This document shows, piece after piece, positions 24,101 to 32,985 of a stretch of DNA of 64,000 nucleotides. The notes below the pieces were generated by a model, which saw only the letters and a list, made by a program, of their open reading frames with translations, had not been told where the DNA came from and searched no databases. Numbering within the stretch: the stretch's first letter is position 1; each line of letters opens with the position of its first letter. Location: NCBI GenBank assembly GCA_002269645.1, contig NIVC01002571.1, forward strand, positions 1 through 64,000, given 5' to 3'. Source of the stretch: Macrostomum lignano (Eukaryota). A program made the translations under genes and the position numbers.

Positions 24101-27100
24101 GGGCTGTCTTCCTTCCCTATCCTTCAGAGCTCAGTGGGCTGTCTCCCTTCCCTGTCCTTCAGAGCTCAGTGGGCTGTCTCCCTTCCCTGTCCTTCAGAGC
24201 TCAGTGGGCTGTCTCCCTTCCCTGTCCTTCAGAGCTCAGTGGGCTGTCTCCCTTCCCTGTCCTTCAGAGCTCAGTGAGCTGTCTCCTTTCTCTGTCATTC
24301 AGAGCTCAGTGGGCTGTCTCCCTTCCCTAGACAGGCAGCAGGCATTTAGACAGGCAACTACTTACCTGGCATATTTAAGAAAGTCAATGCGTTTAGTAAA
24401 GCACAGCGGCAGGATAAGCACCAGCGAGCTGACTGACATGACTAGACGCTTGCTGGCGTAGGGCTGCGACCGCGTAGTCGGGGACAGGAATTGACTGGAT
24501 ACTGGCGACAGAGAGAGGGGTTGGTTTCCTTCTTTGTTGATTATCGAGTATTTTTCAATCTTAGAACTAACGTGAATTTCCATATAATTCAACATATACT
24601 CACTTAGTCTACTATTAGTAGAGAAACTAGCGCTTTTCTAACGGTGAGAAAGAGTGACAATGGTCGATAAATAGATGTACATTTAGATACGCTGGGTAGG
24701 TAGCTAAGGTAGGTGGGTAGGTAGGTAGCTAAGGTAGGTGGGTAGGTAAGTGGGTCTATGAAATTTGCTTGCGAGAAGTTTGCTTGCCGAAGTCTGCTTG
24801 CAGGAACTTTGCTTGCAGAAATTTTGCTTGCCGAGGTTTGCCAGCCACAGTTTTCTTGCGGAAACCTTAAAGAACCTATTATTGAGCTCTTGTATTTCTA
24901 ATTTTTATTTTCTAAGATTCGTGGAAGTCACCTATAGTGTTATGATTTTGCATGAGGATATGGCAGATTTGAAAAGCCCTAATGCAGAACTGGAATGATT
25001 CGTTTTTTACTGGGAATTTATTTTCAACAAAAATTGGACACAATTTCGAACAATGCACATATCGAATGATTTAGGCAGCGAAATGTAAAGAATAGATTTT
25101 TGGAAATGAACGTACATTGTACATCATTTTCTATATACTAAATTCTTAGAATGAAAATCTATAAGCCTAGTTTGAAAGCTTAGTGTCAAGTCAGTTTACG
25201 TCGACGCTGATAAGAATCCAGTTGCAAAGCATCTGTAGTAAGTAATAATTGACGGACCAGCTTCACAAGCAATCAAAACAAGCAAGCAGACAAGAAAATA
25301 ATTTGGCAAGTTAAAATCTTGCAATTGTGATTGCGAATTTCTAGGAAGCAGACATCAAAATTCCGCAAGCAAAGTTCGGCAAGAAAAGTTCCGGCAAGCA
25401 AACGTCGTACTCCAAGATAGGTAGCTAAGGTAGGTGGGTAGGTAGGTAGCTAAGGTAGGTGGGTAGGTAGGTAGCTAAGGTAAGTGGGTAGGTAGGTAGC
25501 TAAGGTAGGTGGGTAGGTAGGTAGCTAAGGTGGTTATACGCATCGCATTTCGCGCCACGCACTCACTCTGCTCCCACTGGTCGCCAATAATAATAACAAA
25601 GGTGATGCAGGTGCCAAAGCAGTAGACGGCAATGCAGGCAGCGCTAGCCAGTCGGCCAGCCCGTCCGAGCAGGCTGGCCACCGCCTCCTGGTAGGTGGCC
25701 GCATGACTGCGGTCGGATACGAAGGCCAGCAGCACCAGGGAGCCGACAATGAAACTGAGCAGCACGAACTGCACAGTCAGGGTGCTGCCGACCCCGCCAG
25801 CCAGGTGACAGGCCTGGGGAAAGTTCAGCAGGCCGGCGCCGAGGGCGGCATTGATGACGATGAAGCCCGAGAGCAGCCAGCCGCTGCCGGACTCGCTGGC
25901 TGCGGAATTTCATCGGGGATTCTACAGGTTCGTCGATTTTCTCACCTAAACCAAAAGCATTATTGAAGTACCTCTCCAAAACAATGGTTTAGGTTCTCAG
26001 TACGCCTCTGAGTAACCCCTCTAGTTCCTGAGTAACCCCTCTAGTTCCTGAGTAACTCCTCTAGTTCCTGAGTAACTCCTCTAGTTCCTGAGTAACTCCT
26101 CTAGTTCCTGAGTAACCCTCTCTAGTTCCTGAGTAACCCCTCTAGTTCCTGAGTAACCCCTCTAGTTCCTGAGTAACTCCTCTAGTTCCTGAGTAACCCC
26201 TCTAGTTCCTGAGTAACTCCTCTAGTTCCTGAGTAACCCCTCTAGTTCCTGAGTAACCCCTCTAGTTCCTGAGTAACCCCTCTAGTTCCTGAGTAACTCC
26301 TCTAGTTCCTGAGTAACTCCTCTAGTTCCTGAGTAACCCCTCTAGTTCCTGAGTAACCCCTCTAGTTCTTGAGTAACCCCTCTAGTTCCTGAGTAACCCC
26401 TCTAGTTCCTTAGTAACCCCTCTAGTTCCTTAGTAACTCCTCTAGTTCTTGAGTAACCCCTCTAGTTCCTGAGTAACCCCTCTAGTTCTTGAGTAACCCC
26501 TCTAGTTCCTTAGTAACCCCTCTAGTTCCTGAGTAACCCCTCTAGTTCCTGAGTAACCCCTCTAGTTCCTGAGTAACCCCTCTAGTTCCTGAGTAACTTC
26601 TCTAGTTCCTGAGTAACTTCTCTAGTTCCTGAGTAACCCCTCTAGTTCCTGAGTAACCCCTCTAATTCCTGAGTAACCCCTCTAGTTCCTGAGTAACCCC
26701 TCTAGTTCCTGAGTAACCCCTCTAGTTCCTGAGTAACCCCTCTAGTTCCTTAGTAACCCCTCTAGTTCCTGAGTAACCCCTCTAGTTCCTGAGTAAGCCT
26801 TTATTATATTAGTACGCCCGAAGTCGAGGGGGGGGGGGCGTAGCCCAACGATCCACCGCGGCGCTCTGATGTGCCAGCGGCCCAGGCTCGATTCCAAGTG
26901 CAGTCACGTTAATTTGGGGCTAAATTGGAATCTCGGCTTGGCTCAGCTCGTGCAATTACCAGCCTTCAGGGCCAACCCCCAAGGCACAGTGAAGTGTACA
27001 TGCCTAACGATAAATAAAGTTAGGGCCGCTGTACACTCCTGTGTGAGTGTGTGCCTGTGCGTATGACTGCGCACGTTCGTACTCGTGTCCGTGCGCATGT

Positions 27101-27333
27101 CGCTTAAATTGTACCAGAGTGCACACAGTCCCTGCTTCTTAATTAAATACAAGCTGAATCAGGTTGGCAAGTCGCAATTTAATAAGCAGTATTAATAGCA
27201 GTAACAATAGTAAATTAGAGAGCTGCTCACTTTGAGTAGGAACAGCCGGCTGCCCGGAGTCCAGCATGGAGGGCTGCGAGCTGTTCACTAGCAAGCCAGT
27301 AGTCTCCGTGGGCTCGTCCGCCTCGGTCATCAT
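127..27333 (-). CDS. SLC38A7: SLC38 (SNAT7/8-like) sodium-coupled neutral amino acid transporter; exons 27333-27231, 25899-25567, 24501-24366, 21752-21660, 21028-20711, 324-127 (frameshifted); final exon(s) lie before the window start
   Basis: Spliced translation gives GFIVINAALGAGLLNFP, TYQEAV...CITFVIIIGDQW, LILPLCFTKRIDFLKYAS, FNVVPTICFGYQCH, TTYPILLFCGR, then NIGDVIS and AAVFIFIFPG. All introns are GT-AG with consistent phases 1,1,2,2,2. SLC38A7 versus SLC38A8 cannot be resolved by eye. Confidence 0.85.
467..992. repeat. Minisatellite, 26-bp unit GAGGCAAGGGACGGAGGGCCAAGCTT, about 20 copies
   Basis: Direct tandem repetition; several units lack single bases. Confidence 0.95.
1612..2089. 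repeat. Minisatellite, 29-bp unit CAGTTCAGCTGATACAGTTAGCTAATCTG, about 16 copies
   Basis: Direct tandem repetition. Confidence 0.95.
3130..13637 (+). CDS. DEG/ENaC (amiloride-sensitive, ASIC/FaNaC superfamily) channel subunit, about 702 aa; exons 3130-3770 (1-nt frameshift near 3456-3458), 4483-5575, 13264-13637
   Basis: Pre-TM1 FTSSTTAHG motif, TM1 VRMVWVGIVLAASLGAIV, FPDLTFC, Cys-rich ectodomain (LYTNCFTF, QCGC, CYDSC) and TM2 SDLGG|VLGLWIGFSIVTLFEF joined across a phase-1 intron. Start could alternatively be ATG 3091. Confidence 0.9.
3795..4045 (-). mobile_element. tRNA-derived SINE-like repeat family A, 3' portion
   Basis: Reverse complement matches 26960-27125 (GCACAGTGAAGTGTACATGCCTAACGATAA...GGGCCGCTGTACACTCCTGTGTGAGTGTGTGCC and the ATGTCGCTTAAA...GTGCACACA end), followed by an A-rich tail. 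Confidence 0.7.
5656..6052. repeat. Minisatellite, 23-bp unit GATAGACACCCCATCTCATAATT, about 17 copies
   Basis: Tandem repetition starting about 80 bp after the ENaC exon 2 donor. Confidence 0.95.
6620..6845 (-). mobile_element. SINE-like family A, diverged copy with a tRNA 5'-half-like head
   Basis: Minus strand reads GGGGCAGCTCTGAGGTTAGCGCGTCTGACTC...ATTTGGGGC...CCCCAAGGCACATAGAGAGTGTACATGCCTGTCGATTGGAAAGTCGGGGCCGTTGTACAC, matching the 26828-27130 copy. Confidence 0.6.
7157..7225 (+). mobile_element. Degenerate tRNA-like (A box/B box) SINE head fragment
   Basis: TGGCTCAGCAG A-box-like and GGCTCGATTCC B-box-like motifs at tRNA-like spacing; no intact cloverleaf. Confidence 0.4.
7231..8915. 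repeat. Minisatellite, 47-bp unit CAGATCGGACAGCACCATACAGGAGTGACAGCAGTCCCAATGAGTGA, about 36 copies
   Basis: Tandem repetition with 46-49 bp variants; source of the spurious 581/585-aa ORFs. Confidence 0.95.
9340..9841. repeat. Minisatellite, 23-bp unit TGGGATCCTGTCCAGTGCAGGGA, about 21 copies
   Basis: Direct tandem repetition. Confidence 0.95.
10775..11179. repeat. Minisatellite, 31-bp unit TAGTGAATAGTCTATGGTCAAAGCCACATAA, interrupted near 10945-11005
   Basis: Tandem repetition, more degenerate in the left half. Confidence 0.9.
12325..12572. repeat. Minisatellite, 21-bp unit GAGCCAGTGAGAGTGAAAAGG/ATG
   Basis: Tandem repetition, about 11 copies. Confidence 0.9.
13118..13185 (+). mobile_element. 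SINE-like family A, short diverged fragment
   Basis: CCCCAAGGCAGAGGGAGAGTGTACGTGCCTGACGATTAGAAAGTCAGGGC resembles CCCCAAGGCACAGTGAAGTGTACATGCCTAACGATAAATAAAGTTAGGGC at 26977-27026. Confidence 0.55.
14023..14307. repeat. Minisatellite, 32-bp unit CAGCTGGTTGCTTCTACCCACACCCGCCTCAG, about 9 copies
   Basis: Near-perfect tandem repetition. Confidence 0.95.
14836..16175. repeat. Minisatellite, 19-bp unit CAGTGGGTGACAGTGA(TTT/CGT/TGT/TGC), about 70 copies
   Basis: Tandem repetition with a variable 3-bp slot. Confidence 0.95.
17145..17280. repeat. Degenerate short tandem repeat based on CACAAACTAGAGCTTT
   Basis: Repeated ACAAACTAGA(G/A)CTTT motifs. Confidence 0.7.
18055..19064 (+). repeat. Minisatellite, 24-bp unit ATCAATCCCTACATCTGTGACTTT, about 42 copies
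   Basis: Direct tandem repetition. Confidence 0.95.
19174..19490 (+). mobile_element. CORE-domain (MIR-superfamily-like) tRNA-derived SINE with its tRNA head inverted
   Basis: Plus strand TGTGTCCTTGAGCAAGACACTTAACTCTGCATTGCTTCAGTTCACCCAGCTGTAAAATGGG resembles the MIR/CORE consensus, ending in a TAATAAAAAA tail. Minus strand 19257-19185 is a tRNA-like head (A box TAACCGAATGG, B box GGCTCGATTCT). Confidence 0.75.
19803..20073 (-). repeat. Inverted copy of the 24-bp minisatellite (GATTGATAAAGTCACAGATGTAGG), about 11 copies
   Basis: Exact reverse complement of the 18055-19064 unit. Confidence 0.95.
20233..20610. repeat. Degenerate hexamer-based repeat (GGATTT/GGGGTC/GGAGCC/GGGTTC)
   Basis: Low-complexity G-rich tandem repeat just inside the SLC38 intron donor. 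Confidence 0.85.
21070..21350. repeat. Degenerate minisatellite, about 52-bp unit CTGCTTCATCTCCAGCTTCCCAGATTCAGTTGTCATTTATGATCAAACCTAT
   Basis: About 5 diverged copies. Confidence 0.8.
21895..22736. repeat. Minisatellite, 30-bp unit GGGTTGCAGTGCACTCAAGGAGCT(CAGGGT/GAAAGT), with 31-32 bp variants at the right end
   Basis: Tandem repetition with alternating A/B units. Confidence 0.95.
23388..24328. repeat. Minisatellite, 35-bp unit AGAGCTCAGTGGGCTGTCTCCCTTCCCTGTCCTTC, about 27 copies
   Basis: Tandem repetition ending about 35 bp from the SLC38 exon 3 donor. Confidence 0.95.
24693..25532. repeat. GGTAGGTAGCTAAGGTAGGTG repeat array in two blocks (24693-24752 and 25418-25532) separated by an insertion
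   Basis: Same repeat on both sides of a 665-bp AT-rich segment. Confidence 0.8.
24753..25417. mobile_element. Putative non-autonomous DNA element with inverted subterminal TTTGCTTGC(CG) repeats
   Basis: Clustered TTGCTTGC motifs at the left end and GCAAGCAA motifs at the right end; no clear TSD. Confidence 0.45.
26010..26795. repeat. Minisatellite, 20-bp unit GAGTAACCCCTCTAGTTCCT, about 39 copies
   Basis: Direct tandem repetition. Confidence 0.95.
26828..27135 (+). mobile_element. tRNA-derived SINE-like family A, most complete copy
   Basis: G-run start, A-box-like TAGCCCAACGA, B-box-like GGCTCGATTCC, and a body shared with 3795-4045, 6620-6845 and 13118-13185. Confidence 0.65.
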
Positions 27334-29023
27334 GGCCGGCACTGCATGAACAATCAAGACAGAGGCTTTCCAACGAATTTGCTTAGGAGTCGGCAGAATT
27401 GCCTCGCCGCGGGTTGTGGGACGATGCGCCGAAGGCGCTGCGCCAGCGTGGCCGCAGCTCCCCCCCCCCCCTGAGATTAGTACTATTCTTAAGAGCTATT
27501 CAGAGGAGTCATTTACGAGTAAAAGGGTTAAAAATAGGATAGTAACAGGGAAAAGTTTCTGAATTCAGATCATCGGTGTTGGTGGTTATCCTACGTTCTA
27601 ATGTGTACCCAGATACTATAATAGTACAATATGTACTACCGCTGTAGATCATAACCTTACTACTTGTTGAGCATTCTCATGTTAGCTACTATTAGAAAAT
27701 ATTCAAGTAGTATATATAGCTCGTATTATTAGCGATCGAAATGTGATCCTCGAAATCTTTCAAACCTCCTACCAGCTTCTAAGCCTTCTAAGCAACAGGC
27801 GCCATTTTGCTTCACTGCTGCGTACATAGCATACGGCTAGTAGCAGTCTAACAAGGTGAGAAAGTGAACAGGACTTTGTCACACCAAAGGCCAAGATAAA
27901 CAGTTATAACTGCAAGGGTACACTTTGCTATGAAATGCTGAAATACACAGTGATAGTCAACACTTGTACTTTAGTATAGAGGGACATTTCAAAGCTGGTG
28001 CAAGCAGCCAAGATAAAATGCGGGTTGGAAACCAACATCGAATTGGTGCCAATGCGACTCAAACACAAAAATGAACTACGAGCATATGTTATTAAAAGAG
28101 CACAGTAAAAGCCTAGCAAGAGGGCTGATCTGCTTTATACTCCTACTTATTAATTACCAAATAAAAAAAGGTAGGAAAAGTAGACCTTTGAGACTTTAAG
28201 ATTTAGAGGCAAACTGATGCAATTGAAGTTCAACTGACAAATTGGGACCAAGAATAGGGAGGTAAGGCCAAGGGAATAAAAACTGGGAATATTTAAATCT
28301 GTTATTAGTTAGTAGCTATTGCCAAAGCATAGGGCACAATATAAGTCATTGCCTAATTGCTTATTGCACCTAAGGAATTCATACCTAGTAAAACCCAATG
28401 CATACTTATTACAAATTTAATATCTTTTAATCTCACATAACTGGATCATAAGGAATAACAGGGAACCTAGCTTCTAGTAGCAATGAACCTGCAAACCAGT
28501 ATATAACAATCCACTAAGAGTTTAAATAGAATAACTAGTAATCTAGACAAAACATCCAACTGAAACGTTTAAAGATAGGTTGATAATTTTCATGTGCAAA
28601 GCCTAAAAATGAGTATTTTTATTAATAATTTTATACAATTGGTTTTTAATTAGTTGGTTAAATAATGTTGCAAAATTGATTATATAGAAGTAAATAGTCA
28701 AGAATAATCTTTATTTAACCTTTATAACTGTTCTGTTGTTGAATTAACGAACGCAGAAACAAGATAGATAATTATCCGGGCGCTCAGTGGCACCAAAAGA
28801 GGGCTTGGCCAATAGGAGGGCGGCTCGTATATTTATACACGGGGGAAGGAAAGTTCTAGAAAGACCGGGGAAGGAAACTTCTGGAACTATGCGTAAACAA
28901 GTCCGCGGTGGAAGTTTCTAGAAACGCTGTCCCCGAACTACCCCTACGCATCGCATGCCTTTGCAATACACAACATTCTTCCCCTCCTTCAAGGAGTCCA
29001 ACAGTCCCCAAGCTTCACTTTAA

Positions 29024-31900
29024 TTAGTCCCAGCGGCAGTTCATAAAGCGTATCGGCGGGTGCCTGGCTCGCTCAGATCGGCGGGGCGCTGCTGTTCTTG
29101 CCGGAGGCTCCGCCGCCGGTGCCGCCGGTGCCGCCGTGCCGGCTCCGGTCGTTGGCGCCGAGTCCACCAGTGGGTCGAACCGCTCTCTCGGCTGCGCCGG
29201 GTGCGGCGTTCGGATCAGCCGCTGCTGGTTCCATCTGGTGCCGTCGCTGAGCTCGACCGCGTGGTGTCCCACCTGACGGAGCACTTGTAGTGGCCGTGAG
29301 AGGCGGGTACCCAGCTTGCCCTTCTTGGTGGGCCGTCGGATTCTCACCCAATCGCCGGGGAGGAACGTCTCGGGGCGGGCCCTTCGCCTGGCATCGGTGT
29401 AGGCCTTGATCCGCTGCTGCCGCGCCTCGATTTGCTGCCGCAGTGCCTGAGGCGTCGCCTCGGTCGTTGTCATTCCCCCTCCGGGAGACAGCATGGTGAT
29501 CGCGGTGCGCCACTTCCGACCCAGCATGAGCTCGGCCGGTGACTTGCCCGTCAGGCTGTGCTTGGAGCTCCGGTAGGCAGACAAGAAGTTGGTCACGGCG
29601 TCTTGAAACGGCCTGTTCTCCGCCATGGCCGCTCTGATGCTGGCGAGCAGCGACCGATTGAGACGCTCCGTCTGGCCGTTGGTCTGCGGATGGTAGAGGC
29701 TGGTCTTGACGTGCCGGATGCCCTGCTCGGCCAAGAAGTCCGAGAACTCGCTGCCAAACTGCGGGCCGTTGTCCGTCAGCACCTTCTCGCACAGCCCCCA
29801 CCTTGCGAACAGGCTGCGCATCGCACGGCAGATGGTCTCCGTGGTGATGCTGGCCGTCGGGATGACCTCCGGCCACTTGCTGTGCAGGTCCGTCACGACG
29901 ATGAGGTACCTGCTAGAGGCCGGCGCCGCCTGCAGTTCTCCAACGATGTCCACGGCGATCTCTGCCCACGGTGAATCTGGCCAGCGTATGGTCTTGAGCG
30001 GGGCCGGACTGACCTTAAAGTTCTTCTCGGCTGTCTCGCACGCTACGCAGTGTCGCACGAAGGTCTCGACCGCCTTGTCCATGGCGGGCCACCAGACTGA
30101 GTCGCGGAGCGCCTGCTTGGTGCGCACGATGCCCTGGTGCCCTTCGTGAGCCTGCTCGAGAAGATGGCCGCGTAGAGACTCCGGGATGACTGCTCTCTCC
30201 TGGAAGGCGAGGCATTTGCCGTTGTTCCAGACGCTGAGTTGTTCGCGCACCTTCCAGAGAGCCCGCAGCTCAACGTCGTCGATGTCAGCTGGCCACCGGC
30301 CGCTGATGACGCTCCTGATGGCTGTCCCCAGTGTCTCGTCAGCCGAGGTCCCTGCGGTAAGTGCTTCCAGTGTGACCGCCTTGACTCTCGGGCCTGGAGT
30401 GTCGGGCAGGTGGATCAGGTTCAGCTCCGATCCGCTGCTCCACCGGGACAGCAGATCGGCCACGTAGTTGCTGTTTCCTGGCAGGTAGCGCACATGGAAG
30501 TCGTACTGCAGCAGCCGGTCGCACCACCTATGGATCCGCAGTAGCCGGTGTCCCGTGCCGGTCGGTCCGAGAAGTAGCTGCTGCAGCGCCTGATGATCTG
30601 TGCGCAGCTCGAAGTGGCGACCGTAGAGGTAGAAATGCCACTTCTCCATCGCCCAGAGGCTAGCCAGTGCCTCGCGCTCGTTCGCGGCGTAGCGCTGTTC
30701 CGTCGTCGTCAGCGCTCGGGCGGCGAAGGCGACCGGTCGCTCGACGCCGTCCTGGATCTGCGACAGCTGGGCTCCGATGGCCTTGGCGCTGGCATCCGTG
30801 GTGACAATAGTGTCGGCCTTCGGGTCGAAGTGGGCAAGCGTCGGTGCCTTGCTGATGGCGTCCTTCACTGCTTCGAACGCCCGTTGGCACTCCGGCGTCC
30901 AGTCGAAGTTGGAGTCGGCCTTCAGGAGCCTTCGAAGCGGCTCTGTGATGTCGGCGTAGTGCGGCACGAAGCGCATCAGGAAGTTAGCGGCGCCTAGGAA
31001 TGACTTCAACGCCTTCTGATCTCCGGGCTGCCAGATGTCCCTGATGGCCGCTGTGGCTGACTCCGTTGGCCGGATGCCGGCCTCCGAGATCACGAATCCG
31101 AAGAATTCGACCTTTTTCTGCTTGAAGGCGCACTTCTGCTTGTTCACCGTCATGCCCTTGTCCTCGAGGCGCTGGAGCAACTTCTCCAGTCGTCGATCGT
31201 GCTCCTCCTCGCTGCGCCCGTACACGATGAAGTCATCCAGGATGTGCTCCACTCCGTCGAGGTCGGCGGCCTGATCGTCGAGCATGCGCTGGAAAGCAGC
31301 TGGTGCCGATGCCAGGCCGAAGGGAACTCGACGATAGCGGAAGAGCCCCTTGTGCGTGATGAAGGCTGTCAGATTGCGGCTCGATTCATGCAGCTGCATC
31401 TGCATGTAGCCCGACTTCAGATCAATCTTGCTGAACACTCGGCCGCGGCCTTTCTTGATCTTCGAGGCAATCTCGTCCAGCTGTGGCATCGGGTGCTTGT
31501 CGACGATCAGTGCCTTGTTCGGCTCGCGAACGTCGACGCAGATTCGGATGCTGCCATCCTTCTTCGTCGTCACCACTAGATTGGAGACCCACTCGCTAGC
31601 GTTGACTCGCTCGATGATGCCGTCCTTCTCCATCTTGTCGAGTTCGGCACCGACCTGCTCCTGTCGCATGAGGGGCAGGCGGCGGAGTGGCTGCTGGACG
31701 GGTCGCACTGCTGGGTCGACCTTGGGCTGGTGTACAGCGCCGGCGCAGCATCCTATCGCACCGCTGAAGGTCGTTGGGTACCGCGCCTGCAAGTCCGCCG
31801 TCAAGTCGCTGACCTCCGCGATTCCGGGCGGCTGCCCGCTAAGGTCGACTCGGAAGCCCAGCTTCTCCATCAGGTCTCTACCGACGATGTTGTCGCAACG
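29024..31900 (-). CDS. pol: Pol (protease C-terminus, RT, RNase H, integrase), frameshifted relative to gag-protease
   Basis: IDLKSGYMQ, PFGLASAP, HILDDFIVY (RT); TDASAKAIG, TDH (RNase H); HEGHQG...CVAC, DIVG, TDNGPQF, NGQTERLNR (integrase). Gypsy domain order. Confidence 0.92.
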   Translation of the reverse strand, partial: RCDNIVGRDLMEKLGFRVDLSGQPPGIAEVSDLTADLQARYPTTFSGAIGCCAGAVHQPKVDPAVRPVQQPLRRLPLMRQEQVGAELDKMEKDGIIERVNASEWVSNLVVTTKKDGSIRICVDVREPNKALIVDKHPMPQLDEIASKIKKGRGRVFSKIDLKSGYMQMQLHESSRNLTAFITHKGLFRYRRVPFGLASAPAAFQRMLDDQAADLDGVEHILDDFIVYGRSEEEHDRRLEKLLQRLEDKGMTVNKQKCAFKQKKVEFFGFVISEAGIRPTESATAAIRDIWQPGDQKALKSFLGAANFLMRFVPHYADITEPLRRLLKADSNFDWTPECQRAFEAVKDAISKAPTLAHFDPKADTIVTTDASAKAIGAQLSQIQDGVERPVAFAARALTTTEQRYAANEREALASLWAMEKWHFYLYGRHFELRTDHQALQQLLLGPTGTGHRLLRIHRWCDRLLQYDFHVRYLPGNSNYVADLLSRWSSGSELNLIHLPDTPGPRVKAVTLEALTAGTSADETLGTAIRSVISGRWPADIDDVELRALWKVREQLSVWNNGKCLAFQERAVIPESLRGHLLEQAHEGHQGIVRTKQALRDSVWWPAMDKAVETFVRHCVACETAEKNFKVSPAPLKTIRWPDSPWAEIAVDIVGELQAAPASSRYLIVVTDLHSKWPEVIPTASITTETICRAMRSLFARWGLCEKVLTDNGPQFGSEFSDFLAEQGIRHVKTSLYHPQTNGQTERLNRSLLASIRAAMAENRPFQDAVTNFLSAYRSSKHSLTGKSPAELMLGRKWRTAITMLSPGGGMTTTEATPQALRQQIEARQQRIKAYTDARRRARPETFLPGDWVRIRRPTKKGKLGTRLSRPLQVLRQVGHHAVELSDGTRWNQQRLIRTPHPAQPRERFDPLVDSAPTTGAGTAAPAAPAAEPPARTAAPRRSERARHPPIRFMNCRWD

Positions 31901-32985
31901 AAGAACCGGTGCTGCATCGCCTTGTCGCCGTAGCGCACCTCCAGCTCGGTGACACCACTTAGCTGGATTGGCAGTCCACCGTAGGCACGCAGCTTCGTCG
32001 TGGTGGGAGAGGTGACTGCACCTGAGATCCGGTCGGCGGTCTGTCGGGACAGCAGCGACACCCTTGCGCCGCAGTCCACCATCAGGCTGACAGCGGTCCT
32101 GTCCGGTCCGAGTTCCAGCGTCGCCCGGACCTCCCTGTCGCCACCCGGCACTGCGTAGACTGTGATCACCTCGTCCGCGGCATTGACAGCAGCCTGCTTG
32201 CTGCGACAGCAACTCCGGAAGTGGTTCTTCTTGCCACAGGCGTCGCATGTCTTGCCCTTGGCCGGACAGGGGGTCGTCGGTCCGTGGTCTCGCCCACAGC
32301 GCGTGCAGGCGCCGCCGGGTTTGGCCGTCCTGCCAGCTGGTGCTGGGCGGTGCCTCCCCTTTGCAGCGACCTTCTGGCCCCTCGGCTGTCGGATCGATTG
32401 GACGGCTGCCGTGCTCGAGGTTGATGGCGCCATCGCCTTGGCTTCTTTGGAGGCTTCCTCGATGGAGACCGCGATGCTGAGTGCTTTCGCCAGGTTGAGG
32501 TCCTCCACCTTCTCCGTCAGCAGCCTCTCTCGGATTCTGGGGTTACTGGTCTTCTCAGCCAGCTGGTCTCTGATGAGATCGTCCTGTATCGCGCCGTAGT
32601 TGCACAGCTCCGTCAGCTCCCTCAGGGCTGCCACGAAGGTCTTGACGTCCTCGCCGGGTAGCTGCTGGCGCTGTCGGAAGCGATATCTGGCCACCATCAC
32701 GTTGGGCTTCTCGCCGAAAATTTTCTCGAGCTCCGCCTTAGTTGCTGCGAACGTGTCGTTCTCCTTGATTGCTTGGCGTGCTCGAGCAACCCGCTGACCT
32801 TCGAATCCAAGCAGATGGAGCAGAAGGCTCTTCTTCAGCGGTTTCGCCTCTTCCTTCCCTTCGGGCTCCTTGAATTGGGCCGCCTCGTAATAAAATTCAA
32901 AGGCCTCAATCCATCGGCTCCATGGTACTGTCGGTGATCCGCAGTTCGCCAGGAAGGGCGTGGGTGCGGGGATGCTAGCCGCCAT
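31870..32985 (-). CDS. gag: Gag (two CCHC knuckles) plus N-terminal aspartic protease
   Basis: PWSRWIEAFEFY Mag-type gag start; CTRCGRDHGPTTPCPAKGKTCDACGKKNHFRSC; protease LMVDCGARVS. ATG follows the PBS directly. Confidence 0.9.
   Translation of the reverse strand: MAASIPAPTPFLANCGSPTVPWSRWIEAFEFYYEAAQFKEPEGKEEAKPLKKSLLLHLLGFEGQRVARARQAIKENDTFAATKAELEKIFGEKPNVMVARYRFRQRQQLPGEDVKTFVAALRELTELCNYGAIQDDLIRDQLAEKTSNPRIRERLLTEKVEDLNLAKALSIAVSIEEASKEAKAMAPSTSSTAAVQSIRQPRGQKVAAKGRHRPAPAGRTAKPGGACTRCGRDHGPTTPCPAKGKTCDACGKKNHFRSCCRSKQAAVNAADEVITVYAVPGGDREVRATLELGPDRTAVSLMVDCGARVSLLSRQTADRISGAVTSPTTTKLRAYGGLPIQLSGVTELEVRYGDKAMQHRFFVATTSSVET

Noticed and set aside
31885-31905. Programmed -1 ribosomal frameshift between gag and pol
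   Set aside because: No slippery heptamer, and the break lies inside the protease rather than at the gag/pol boundary; a lesion or sequencing error is more likely.
29060-32797. Many overlapping and antisense ORFs within the retrotransposon
   Set aside because: Expected shadow ORFs of GC-rich coding sequence, with no recognisable motifs.
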